Of a DNA stretch of 32,000 nucleotides, positions 1-9,910 are shown piece by piece. Both the position numbers and the translations under genes were made by a program. A model generated the notes under the pieces. The model saw only the letters and a list, made by a program, of their open reading frames with translations. It did no database searches and was not told the origin of the DNA. The DNA comes from Wallemia ichthyophaga EXF-994 (taxonomy: Eukaryota > Fungi > Basidiomycota), in NCBI RefSeq assembly GCF_000400465.1, contig NW_008806295.1, forward strand, positions 120,001 through 152,000, given 5' to 3'. The first letter of the stretch is position 1, and each line of letters begins with the position of its first letter.

Positions 1-1263
1 TATGCACACTCTTTCCAAGAAAGGCATCTTGCTTAGCATCTTTATCACAGTGTCTGGCCAGTACCTCATTGGAACCTCCTCTGCCTCTCCAAACACCAAT
101 GCTAAGTCTAGCTCCTTGATTGTTGGTATCGAATAACACAGTCTTTCGAGGCTGTCGTCCTCCGTAACTAAAATTGTCAACTTGAGTCGTTCTAGCTGCT
201 TATCCCGCAAATCTATCAACGCAAACGCCAACTCATCCGGCTCCATCAATCCTTCAAACTCTACCTCCTTCAGTTGCCTCGACACGCGCAATATCTGATC
301 CGATGTCGATGGCGGTCTCCCTGCGAATTTGAGACACTCCAATTGTCCAAACATATCGTCTTTCTCGGTTCTGCTCACCCTATATGACCTCTCGACTCCT
401 GACAACGACAATGTTTTTAATTGCTTCAATGTCTTGAACATGTCTGTGTACGCTACCTCAATATCCCCATCGATGGCCTCGCTTGGCAGAGGCAGCGGTC
501 CTATTGCGAGATTTTCCAATGTGCTATCAAACTGTGAAATAAACCTGAACAGATCCACAAACTCTGTCTTATCCGGTGGTGCAAGTGGAATTGGATCACC
601 GTCTTGATCTGTACCATCTCCCTTGAAATTGTTGGTGTTAGTGAGAGTTACACAGATCAGGTTTACCCTGCTTACGTATGTTGCATCACGCGGGTACCAT
701 TCTACTGTAAACTTATTCAATTTCGGTTTACTGAGGTGTTTTCTTTGCAAACCAAGCGTCAAAGTATCGTAGAAAATAAGATCAAGTGACGTGAGTGTCG
801 TAATGCCTCCAAGGCTCTCTCCTATTGAATCAAACATTGGCTGATCCCATGCCAGTGAGACGTGGTCCAACCAAGACAATTGACGGATTCCGCGAGCGAC
901 TTCGAGTGCAACTAAGGGGCCTGTTTGAGAATGTCATAACCACTATTATCTATATAGCTCACGCGATGCTGGCTTGTATAGACATATCCGCAGATCAATA
1001 TCGAGTCTACGTATGCTGTCATGGCCAATTGAGTCGGTTTTACATCTAGAAGGCATTGCTCACTGATTAAAACTGGTCGGATCACATCGCAGCGCTTTCA
1101 AATTGCTCAAGTCGTGTCCCCGTATCGTCATGCTCCGCGATAACAGTCTACGCAGCACGCGCTCGAAGCGCTTGCAAGTGAGCGAGAAATGCAATTTATC
1201 TTCAAAATCAAGATAATTGGCTATTTGAAGCACCTCTTTATCCTTTATCGTTGACGTATTCAT
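1..1263 (-). CDS. F-box plus leucine-rich-repeat-like protein, 3' end truncated by the window edge
   Basis: ATG at 1263 gives MNTSTIKDKEVLQIANYLDFEDKLHFSLTCKRFERVL, an F-box-like pattern. Introns at 1063-1016 (GTGAGC..CAG), 962-921 (GTGAGC..CAG) and 675-622 (GTAAGC..CTAAC..AAG) join to a frame that stays open to base 1. That frame has LRR-like segments (LKQLKTLSLSG, LECLKF, LKEVEF, LERLKLTI, IKELDLAL). Most of it is absent from the ORF track. Confidence 0.7.
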
Positions 1264-1334
1264 CGTGGTCCTTTTAGAAGATAAGACTTGAAAATTATCA
1301 AGAATGTCTTTCATTCCCGCGCATTCTTGGTAGC

Positions 1335-1355
1335 AATAATAATAATAATAATAAT
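1335..1355. repeat. (AAT)7 microsatellite
   Basis: Seven perfect AAT units read directly, inside the 122-bp gap between the GCN2 stop and the F-box ATG. Confidence 0.95.
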
Positions 1356-1385
1356 AAAACGTTTTCTTTCTTATAATACACACTC

Positions 1386-4300
1386 TCAAATCAAAGCTAT
1401 CCTGTTGTCTTTTATATTGAATATCAGCCAAGCCGACGTTTGGGTTTTCTGGTCGCGCACCCGCTCTCTTATCAGATGAAGGTAAGAGGATATGTGGGGT
1501 GAGCCAGCACCTAGAACCTGTTTAAACTTGTCGTCATCGCGTATCCAGTCGCTGTTCATTGCCATTCTATCAAAGACAACTGCTGGTACATCGACAGCCA
1601 GCATCGCCTTACTAGCATTTTCAAATTCTTGTAATGCACTCTCAGCTGTTTTGTGTTGCGTTTCGTGTTTTGCGTTAACATTGTAATTATAAATTGAGTA
1701 TCAAACTCACCTCTGTCACTCATTAGGGCCCGATTCCGCTTGTTAATCTTGTTCTTATTGTCGTCCTTTTTAAATGACCACGCTATCTCACTTGGCATGG
1801 CAAGATGAATATCAACACCAGGTGTATCTTTGTCATGTGTCCTCGATATTTCGTCCTGTGATTGGCGCAGCTTCCTCGATAGAAAATCAACGATATCATG
1901 TCGATCGACTGTGAAGAGTTAAGCTCAGTTATTAAAAAACACCTATAACCAACCACACACCTTCCTCCTCTGATTTTTTAGACAGCGTATTGCGCACCTT
2001 CAATACTGTACTGTTCGCCTTGAGCAGCACGAGATAGGTGATTCCCTCGCCTCTGCACCTTTCCATCAACATATCAGGACTTTGATATGTATGCGATCCG
2101 TCGTACATCTGTAGACATTAGCAAACCAACACCAAATCCCAAAATGACTTACCACGTCAGCTGAAATACCAGCATCCCATAATAGCGCAGCTACATCCAT
2201 CCTCTCGCTCATCATGCCCTGGTATGTATTACCAAAACTTCCAACATAAACATCACACCGACGAGGCATGTGGTTTTTCTGTCCAGGCGACATTTTCGAA
2301 TTGGGCTTCTTATTACTGGAATCCATCACACAACTAGCCAAGACATCTACATTAATGCGCAGGTTAACCATGAACGGAAGTGTTCTTGTAGTGTGGGACA
2401 GCTTTTTCAGAAGATTATCAGATCGCCCGCCGATTGCCATCGCTTCTCGACGTCCTTTAGCGACCCTCCTGCTCACATCAAGCATCAATCCAGATGCATA
2501 GTCGTCATACGAGTCATTCAATAACGTCGTCGTATCAAATACTATATTCCGGCGGCTGTGGTGGCGAGAGAAGAACTCAAATGTACTGTCTAGATCGCCT
2601 AACGTCTCTTTCAATTCATCTTTGTGATGCGGGAGTGCTTTCATCATCTCTGTAAGCATTGTTTTATGGTCTTTACCTCTGATCAGGAGATGCTCGAGCT
2701 CTTCTAGCCGCGCAACACTCTTGGTGTTGTCTATCTGCGCCGTAAGCTGGCTGCGTACATGTGGCATGCCCACTCCCTTTCCGAGCTGGTCGAATATTCC
2801 CAGTACTGCCGCACGTTTCTTGGTTGGGAAGAGTGAGAGGATGATTTCGACAATGACTGAGTGATTGATCCTGATCTCCCAATTTGAAGATATTACTGAT
2901 GGATGCTCTAATACCTTGTCAATTACTGACATTATCTCTCCCTCCATTGCCTTGGTAGTCGTTGGAGACACTATATCAAAATTGGCCTCCGATTCTTGAA
3001 TTGGTTGGCCACCCGCTACATTACGCTTAAAGCGGCCTCCCATCCAGAACCGTTTGGTGCGTGTAATGTTCTGCTTCAATATTATTCTGGTAAATCCTAC
3101 CAGACCATTGTAAGGTAGATGCACAACACAACCAGTGCTGTCGAGCAAGCTGACTACTTCTTTGTCTTTGATACCTTCACTTTCATCCGGCTTGGGAGAT
3201 AGGAGAGGCGAAGCGAGAGGCACTGCACCGTGTAGCTTGAATACCCAGTCTAGATGCTCCTGCACTAGGCGTATAATTGCATCAGGAGAAAGCGATCCTC
3301 CGCCAGTATCGTAGGTGTGGTATTGCAGTGCGTTGGGTGAGTTGTTAAATAGCCTTGAAACTAGTTTCTGGTATCGCGGTTGGTCGGGATGGAGAACTCG
3401 CAAAGCTTCTTCAAAGTACTCCTCTTCCATTGTCTCAGGTAGTAGACTTGAATGGAGCACCTCAGCGGCCGATGGCCGTTCACTTTGGTCGTGCTTGAGC
3501 ATCCACTCTATCAGTCTCTTTTCATCTACTAAAGTATCTGGAAATGTTGATGGAAACACCGGCTTTGGCTGTCTCATTTGATGCAGTACTTGGACTCTCT
3601 CCATACCCGTCCTGAACTTGTTGCACATTTCAAAAAAGATTATCTTGGGTGGGTTGTTAGACGACCAACAATAGATAGCTCACTTACGCCTAATGAGAAG
3701 ATGTCTACTTTCTCAGTATATCTTCCACTGCTATTTGCAATTTCCGGCGCAATATAAAGACTCGTACCAACAGCTGATGTAGTATCACTCGACTCATTGA
3801 CTAGCGCCCTATCAAATATCATGCTATTGTTAGAATCGTTCACTCCAAGTGTAGCAAGACCGAAATCACCAATCTTGACATCACCTTGTGCGTCGATGAA
3901 AATGTTGCTCGGTTTCAAGTCGCGATGTACGATGCCAAGAGTATTGATATAAGCCAGTCCGTCTAGTACTTGTCTGAAGATTTTCCAGCGTTCTTCTGTG
4001 CTTAACCCTTCTTCAAGCGACTCTGATAGAGTCAATTTCTCGCAGTACTGCATCTGTATGTACAAAATGCGCGAGTGAGATGTCAAGTTTTTCTTGTTTT
4101 GGTCTTGAGAGCTACGGCTACTCAAGCTACTGCTATCGCTACTAACTTCACTTTCATTCTCGTTCTCGCTCTCATCCTCATCGTCGTTCTCGCTATCCTC
4201 CTCATCACCCCCTTCGAAGAATATACCATCGTCTCTGCTTGCCGTCTTTGCAACACTGAGCGAATCATCAAACTTGGGATTGAGAAGTTTGTGCATAGAG

Positions 4301-6259
4301 AAGCTATAGCTGTCAGCAGTGCCCTTCTTTGTATTGGTCGCTTCACTCGTATTACTGAACGGCTGTGCTGCTGTTTGCGCTGCTTCCTCTATCCAGCATC
4401 CAAAATATCTAACCACAAATCTACTATTCAGCCTACTCAATGACAAAACCTCTCTGAAAAGCTTACTATCCGTATTAGGCTTGAGTCTGACTTTTTTTAT
4501 GGCATAAAACAAGCCATCTAGTCTGTTACGCGCTTTTACTACTTCTCCGAAGCCACCTTTTCCTAAATGCTCGACTTCTTCAAAGTCACTTCGGAATCTG
4601 CTGCTGTTGGAATGTTGACTCGTTGACTGCCAAAATGGATCGATGGGAGGTGGGGCGACAGACGCGGATGGTGTTAGAGGTGGTCTAGGTGTGGATGTTT
4701 TGCGAGCAGTGATTGATGTCGGTCTGGTTGTTGCCACACTGCAGGAGTTTTCTGAGGCGCTGTTTATCCTGTCTAGTATTTGAATTGCTGATCCGCGCTG
4801 CGAAGGTTTGGCTTCGAGCATGTAAGAAAGTATGTTGAGTGTCTGCTGTGGTATATCACCTGACTTATCCAATAATACTCCTGGTGATGGATAAGATGTC
4901 GCATCTAATCCAAACACCATGCTGATGAAACACACTCCTGCATCCCAAACATCTCTTTTTCTTGTAAATGATGAAGCTTCAAGACTTTCAGGTGCTTGCC
5001 AGGCTTCGTTTATAAATGTCTCGGATATTTTACGTTCGTTGATTGGATTCGAGCGGTGGAGATTGGAGATAGTTTTGGCGTATGATGGCTTGACAATTTT
5101 CAATATGCGACCTGGAGAGATGAGAATGTTTGAAGGGTTTACATCCATGTGCACTACGTCCAACTTATGCAACTCTTGTAAACCAGTGAGTAGTTGGACT
5201 AGATAGTTGGTAGCTAGATCTATACGGAGATTATCGCACGCGTGTAAAAGATCTTTTAGTGTATTCATACCACTGCTCCTTGAGTGCAAAATAAGCAACT
5301 CCCATATAACGCTTCCGTTGGATTGAGGATGAGGGCGCAATTTCGAAGCATAAATTCGTTCAACATTCTCACAATCTATTTTCGACATTACTTCTAGGGT
5401 GCGTGCAGTTTCCTGTAACTTCTTTTTACCTGCGCTCTTATCGTAGTATTCCGAATTGATGATGTACACTTGAAGTTCAAGGAGGTCGTCGGTCTTTGCG
5501 ACAGAGCAAAGATATGTCGAGCTAAGACCGTCAGAAGAGATGAGATTTCCGACATGAACAGTGAAATCGCCATCAAAGTTCTCTGTCCAGATATCGTGTC
5601 TTCTGTACTGCCTTTGGCGAGATATTTGGGTGTTCTGTTTCTCATTCTCAGAACGAATTTGTTCCTGTTTGCGCTTAATATCAGATTCGATTCGTTGTGC
5701 CAATTCATCAGCCTCGAGAGACTCTTTATGGCGTTTCTTTGCTTCGAAAGACTCCTCGCGCTGCATTTTTTCAGCTTGAACGGCGCTGAGACGCTCTTGC
5801 ATTTTAGTAGCCAAACTGGAGTTACCGATAATAGTGTGATTAGTAGAAATGTACTCCTGAACGAATATAGCGAGATCATAGAGCATAGGCTCGCCAAGAA
5901 GAGAATGCTTGGATTTATCAAGCAACTCCTGCGCTAGCTGATTACGCTGGTCTACTGAAAGACCTTTGGTGTTGCGAATTGAAAGCTGTGGGGGAACGTT
6001 TGGGTAAGTTTTGGGTATCTTAGCGTGTAGCTCGACGGCGACATGATTTTTAAGGTCCTCTTCTAAAGGCTGGAGCTGTATGATATATTCAGGTAGATTT
6101 GCAGCACCCTATACGCGACTGAGCTTATCTGGAGACATCTCGTCATCAGAAACGCACCTGCCACGCGGGATTTGAATTGGTTGCGACGGTGAATAGATCG
6201 CCATAGATGGCACTCAAAGCTTCGAGCTCATTCGATTGCACCTCGCGTAAGGTGTCCAT
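1386..6259 (-). CDS. GCN2: eIF2-alpha kinase GCN2 (RWD, pseudokinase, kinase, HisRS-like and C-terminal domains), about 1539 aa, 6 exons
   Basis: ATG at 6259 (MDTLREVQSNELEALSAIYG, RWD start). Kinase motifs: LGKGGFGEV, YAIKK, HRDLKPSNIF, DFGLA, TSAVGTSLYIAPE, with an acidic insert. These are followed by a HisRS-like region (GAVPL, EANFDIVS) and a Lys-rich C-terminal segment (KNKINKRNR). Introns at 6157-6109, 3687-3644, a 44-nt intron near 2110-2155, 1960-1909 and a 65-nt intron near 1650-1710. The spliced length is 4620 nt, a whole number of codons. Confidence 0.97.
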
Positions 6260-6298
6260 GGCGGTGGCTAATCAACCGGCGCTTTATTCCCGAACCCC

Positions 6299-7039
6299 AT
6301 GTCCGATAATCAAATGATTTGGGTTGGCAGGCATTGTAGCCTCCATACTTGCAGACAGACAGATTTCCTACCGAGTAATTGCGTTTACTGCCACAAAGAT
6401 TTCTGCGCTGAACACGCACCTCCTTCTTTGAATTTCAGCGATAGCAATCACTTATGTGATGCGTATAAGGCTTCAATAGAGGCTAAGAATGGCAGATCAA
6501 AGAACACGTACAATGAAATGAGTATTTGTGGCTTGGAGAGCTGCAATACAAAGCTAGTATCCCCTATTAGGTGTACAGAATGCGGCCTCAGCTTCTGCAC
6601 TTATCACTACCACACAAACACACATAATTGCAAGAAACATAGCAGGTTGGCTAATCAAGGGCGTTCTGCTGCGTCTAACAATGCTGGTTTGGCAGCACTT
6701 AAGCGCCTAGGACTGTCAAATAGCAGTCATACTGAACCTAAAGAGCCACAGTCACGGCCAGAACGACAAAATAGCCAAACAACAGAAAAGCAATCAAAGA
6801 GCGTTTTATCAAATATTATACCCAACATGGATAGAATACAGGCAGGCGGATCAACAAAATCACCAATTACCTCATTTAAAAATGATAAGAGAAGCAAGAG
6901 TGAGCGTGATTCGCAGCTGAAAGCACTACTAGAGCGAGAGAAGAAGGGCATTCTGTCATCAAATGATAAATATCGCCTTGCAGAGTTTAGAGCACTCGAG
7001 AACCAGTCGAGCAAGGGTAAAGAATGCAAGGTTCAATAG
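6299..7039 (+). CDS. Tandem AN1-type zinc-finger protein, ZFAND2/AIRAP-like, ending in CaaX-type CKVQ
   Basis: Single ORF of 246 aa. Finger 1 is CSLHTC..DFLP..CVYC..FC..H..H.C and finger 2 is CGLESC..CTEC..FC..H..H.C. The C-terminus is ECKVQ-stop. Confidence 0.88.
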   Translation: MSDNQMIWVGRHCSLHTCRQTDFLPSNCVYCHKDFCAEHAPPSLNFSDSNHLCDAYKASIEAKNGRSKNTYNEMSICGLESCNTKLVSPIRCTECGLSFCTYHYHTNTHNCKKHSRLANQGRSAASNNAGLAALKRLGLSNSSHTEPKEPQSRPERQNSQTTEKQSKSVLSNIIPNMDRIQAGGSTKSPITSFKNDKRSKSERDSQLKALLEREKKGILSSNDKYRLAEFRALENQSSKGKECKVQ

Positions 7040-7116
7040 CTGGATGTATAAATACAACATTTGTAATAATAATTAACCTGTAGCTGAATAAATATGTAAA
7101 CACAGCATTAAACAAA

Positions 7117-7903
7117 TTACTCACGTCTCTTGGGATTTGATCGCGTTGATGATGTTCTTCCTCGGGTGGCTTTAGGCCGAGCGCTACCTGTGGATGTTGC
7201 TTTTGCTTTCTTTGGAGCATCTGCGGCTGCTTTAGCAGTTTTAGAACGTGAAGAGCGTGTATTGGTGTCATCCTCATCGACATCCTCGCCTTCATTCGCC
7301 AGCTGGACATGTTCATGCTCGTCGACCTCCTCGACATGGTCCTGCTTGTTAAATCGACCAATTGCGCTTCTCCTACGCGTACTAGATGGCCTCTTCTCTG
7401 ATTTTGTAGCTATCTTCTGCTCACTATCTGATTCCTGCTCAGCATCCATTTCAGCCTCACTGAGACTAGATTCAGCCTCGTCTTCTGGAGTCGGTATCGG
7501 TGAGCCTAACGGAGAAGCGTCTTCTCTGGGTGATTTAAAAGCTCTACGCTGCCATAATTCAATAAATTCTGCATCGTGTGGTAATTCAAACGGCTCCACG
7601 GTTGATAAGAAGTCATCCTCTGCCAAATCCTGCAAGTGAAATGAGCGGGAGCTGATGACGATACGCAAATCCCACCTGATTGTCCAGCTCCTCTAAATTG
7701 TAAAGACTAGCCAATTTTGACCATATCTCATTCACGCCCACATCCTCTTGCAGTTCAATTGACATGCTGTGCTGCATTGCGAGCACCTGGAAGTGCTTGT
7801 GTACTCCAACTGGCCTCGCCTGCGCTATCGCTCTGTATAGCGCTATTTCGAAGTCCATTGAGGTATTATGGCTGGTGACTGGTGGCGGTTTGGAGATAAC
7901 CAT
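7117..7903 (-). CDS. EAF7: NuA4 subunit Eaf7 / CT20 (MRG-binding) family protein, about 246 aa
   Basis: FEIALYRAIAQARPVGVHKHFQVLAM..EIWSKLASLYNLEELD, then an intron at 7675-7630 (GTGGGA..CAG), then PFELP..F and a charged low-complexity tail. This matches the CT20 pattern from memory. Confidence 0.85.
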
Positions 7904-8027
7904 TAAATTTCTAGTTACTTTGGTATAATATGAATATTTACAAGAATTTACATAAATATCTTATTCTCTCCACGCGAGTGTATACCTCAATGGACATGCA
8001 TTCGAAATTGAAACAAACCAAATTTCA

Positions 8028-9218
8028 CTAAACTCTCCATTGCCCGTAAAGAATTCCACGGATAATTGAGTATGGCGCGTCAGGTGTGTACAACCCACAG
8101 CGTACAAACTCATCAAGGAAGAGTCTCCCAGTCACCCCAACGAAAATGGCTGTATAGAGATATCCGAGCAACCTTCTTTTCATCGTTGGAGTCTTCAAAG
8201 ATATCGTATTCCCGAGTATCATAAACTCCACCACAATACCGACTGCCTGTACCAAGAAAAAGCAAAATTGTCCGAGGCCGAGTCCCGCGAGCACATACGC
8301 ACCCATTGCATGACTTAGCCCTGTCAAACTGAAGGCAACAAGCATCTTTACGGGCATTTTTGCATACTTTGGGAACAAACTACCAATACTATCCCCGTAA
8401 AATTTTATTGACCGCCTGAACAAACCATGCCAACCAATCCCCCAAAGTCTCTGTATTGAGTAGGCCTCAGCCATGTTAAAAAACCTAGGCCAATCACTAG
8501 GATTGTTGAGTCCGATAACAACGCAGACTACCGATGTCAAGCTGTAAGCAAGATTGACGCAAGAAAAGGAACTGATGCCAATAAAGATCAAGTGAAAGAC
8601 TTGCATGAGATATCGCTGTGAAGATATTGGCCTCAGTGTGAGCAAATCATAGGGTGGCGTATGCACGTATGTCTCAAACATGTCTAAAATGAGAATTTGT
8701 GTCATGACATTTGGCAGACGATCTGTGACGAACTGCCACCTAGTTTTGCGCCCCTCTTTTTCTATTTCCTGCTTATCAATACTCCTCGCCCATTTCCAGT
8801 GTATACCGCGTGGGTTAGCTATAAGTTCCGCTACAAATTTGAACCTTTCCCACAGACCCACTGGAGGTGGTTTCTCGTTGCCTTGGCTGTCCAACTTTAC
8901 CAGAATCTTCTCAGAATCCACGCTAAGAAAACTTGTTGTCTGGATAATAGCGAAGATCTGCAAATTGCCAACAAAGTATGCAGTGAATGCATCTGGCTGG
9001 CGGAGGTATACTAGCGGGTATATTATGCTGGCAACAGACACGGGTATCCCAATCCATCGGCGCAGGTGGAGCGGGAGGAACAGAATACTTGCAACAGTCA
9101 CAATGTAAGGCAGCTGCGTAAACCACGAAGGCGCAACTGGCTTCGAAGGATCTATTTCTGGCAATTGGGGAATTTTATGTCTCGTTAACCCTTCAGTAGA
9201 GTAAAAGTTCACGGTCAT
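8028..9218 (-). CDS. Membrane-bound O-acyltransferase, wax-synthase/TRI7-like (MBOAT_2 family)
   Basis: Intronless 396-aa hydrophobic ORF. Motifs: NPRGIHWKW, DWPRFFNMAEAYSIQRLWGIGWHGLFRR and AFSLTGLSH (putative catalytic His). Confidence 0.85.
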   Translation of the reverse strand: MTVNFYSTEGLTRHKIPQLPEIDPSKPVAPSWFTQLPYIVTVASILFLPLHLRRWIGIPVSVASIIYPLVYLRQPDAFTAYFVGNLQIFAIIQTTSFLSVDSEKILVKLDSQGNEKPPPVGLWERFKFVAELIANPRGIHWKWARSIDKQEIEKEGRKTRWQFVTDRLPNVMTQILILDMFETYVHTPPYDLLTLRPISSQRYLMQVFHLIFIGISSFSCVNLAYSLTSVVCVVIGLNNPSDWPRFFNMAEAYSIQRLWGIGWHGLFRRSIKFYGDSIGSLFPKYAKMPVKMLVAFSLTGLSHAMGAYVLAGLGLGQFCFFLVQAVGIVVEFMILGNTISLKTPTMKRRLLGYLYTAIFVGVTGRLFLDEFVRCGLYTPDAPYSIIRGILYGQWRV

Positions 9219-9910
9219 AGCTTAGAATGCAGTCATGTGATCCATGCATATTTAGGTGACTCAAATTATTCCTTGCACACAAGTTCGGTATGTTGATGAA
9301 TGCGGATCTCAATCATGATCTTAATCAAAGTTGTTTTACCCACCCCGCAATCAGATCGCTCAAGTCACCCTGAAAATTTAAGAAAGTGTGGAGATAAGCA
9401 CAGGGATGTTTTAAAGCGAAAATTAATACAAATAACCCCTATTTAAAATTCTCTTTAGCTCTTTGAGCATTTCAAGAGCTTTCTAAATACTTAAACCTCG
9501 TCTGTCCAGCTAATCCTGGTTTTTCCGTAAAACACCTTCAGATTTCGGAATTTTTCAAGTCGCGGAATAAAGATACTCGTTTGATATCCAGGTAGCACTT
9601 TAGAAGGCGTGGTCAATGAGATATATTTTATCCTGCTATCCCGCCAACCAGATCCGACTAAACGCGACTGGTTTGGCTAGGTACTCGGCAGATTGAAAAC
9701 ACGAAAACTGGCGCTAGAACAACAATAAGAGTATTATTGGGATGCTGAAAATCTAGATGACATATGAAGCAATTTTGATAAGTGAATTTCAACCAAAGTT
9801 CATCAAGCTGATAAGCCGCAGTACTCTCAGATCTGGACCACCACCATACAAAACAATTGTTTGAGCTGCGATAAACGCTGTCTCTACTCAAGGCTCATTA
9901 AATTCTAGTC

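Noticed and set aside
7130-7639. 169-aa Ser-rich plus-strand ORF
   Set aside because: It is the antisense of the Glu/Asp/Lys-rich EAF7 tail. The same applies to antisense ORFs over GCN2 (5470-5937), PAH1 (15682-15921) and MBOAT (8680-9108).
9257-9263. TGACTCA (Gcn4/CpcA-type site) 39 bp upstream of the MBOAT ATG, near GCN2
   Set aside because: About 4 copies are expected by chance in 32 kb on two strands. I see about 4, and the others are in coding DNA or a splice donor (18420, 20667, 28219).
9457-9480. Small hairpin AGCTCTTTGA-GCATT-TCAAGAGCT in the MBOAT/GDA1 divergent region
   Set aside because: A 9-bp bulged stem in AT-rich DNA with no supporting context.
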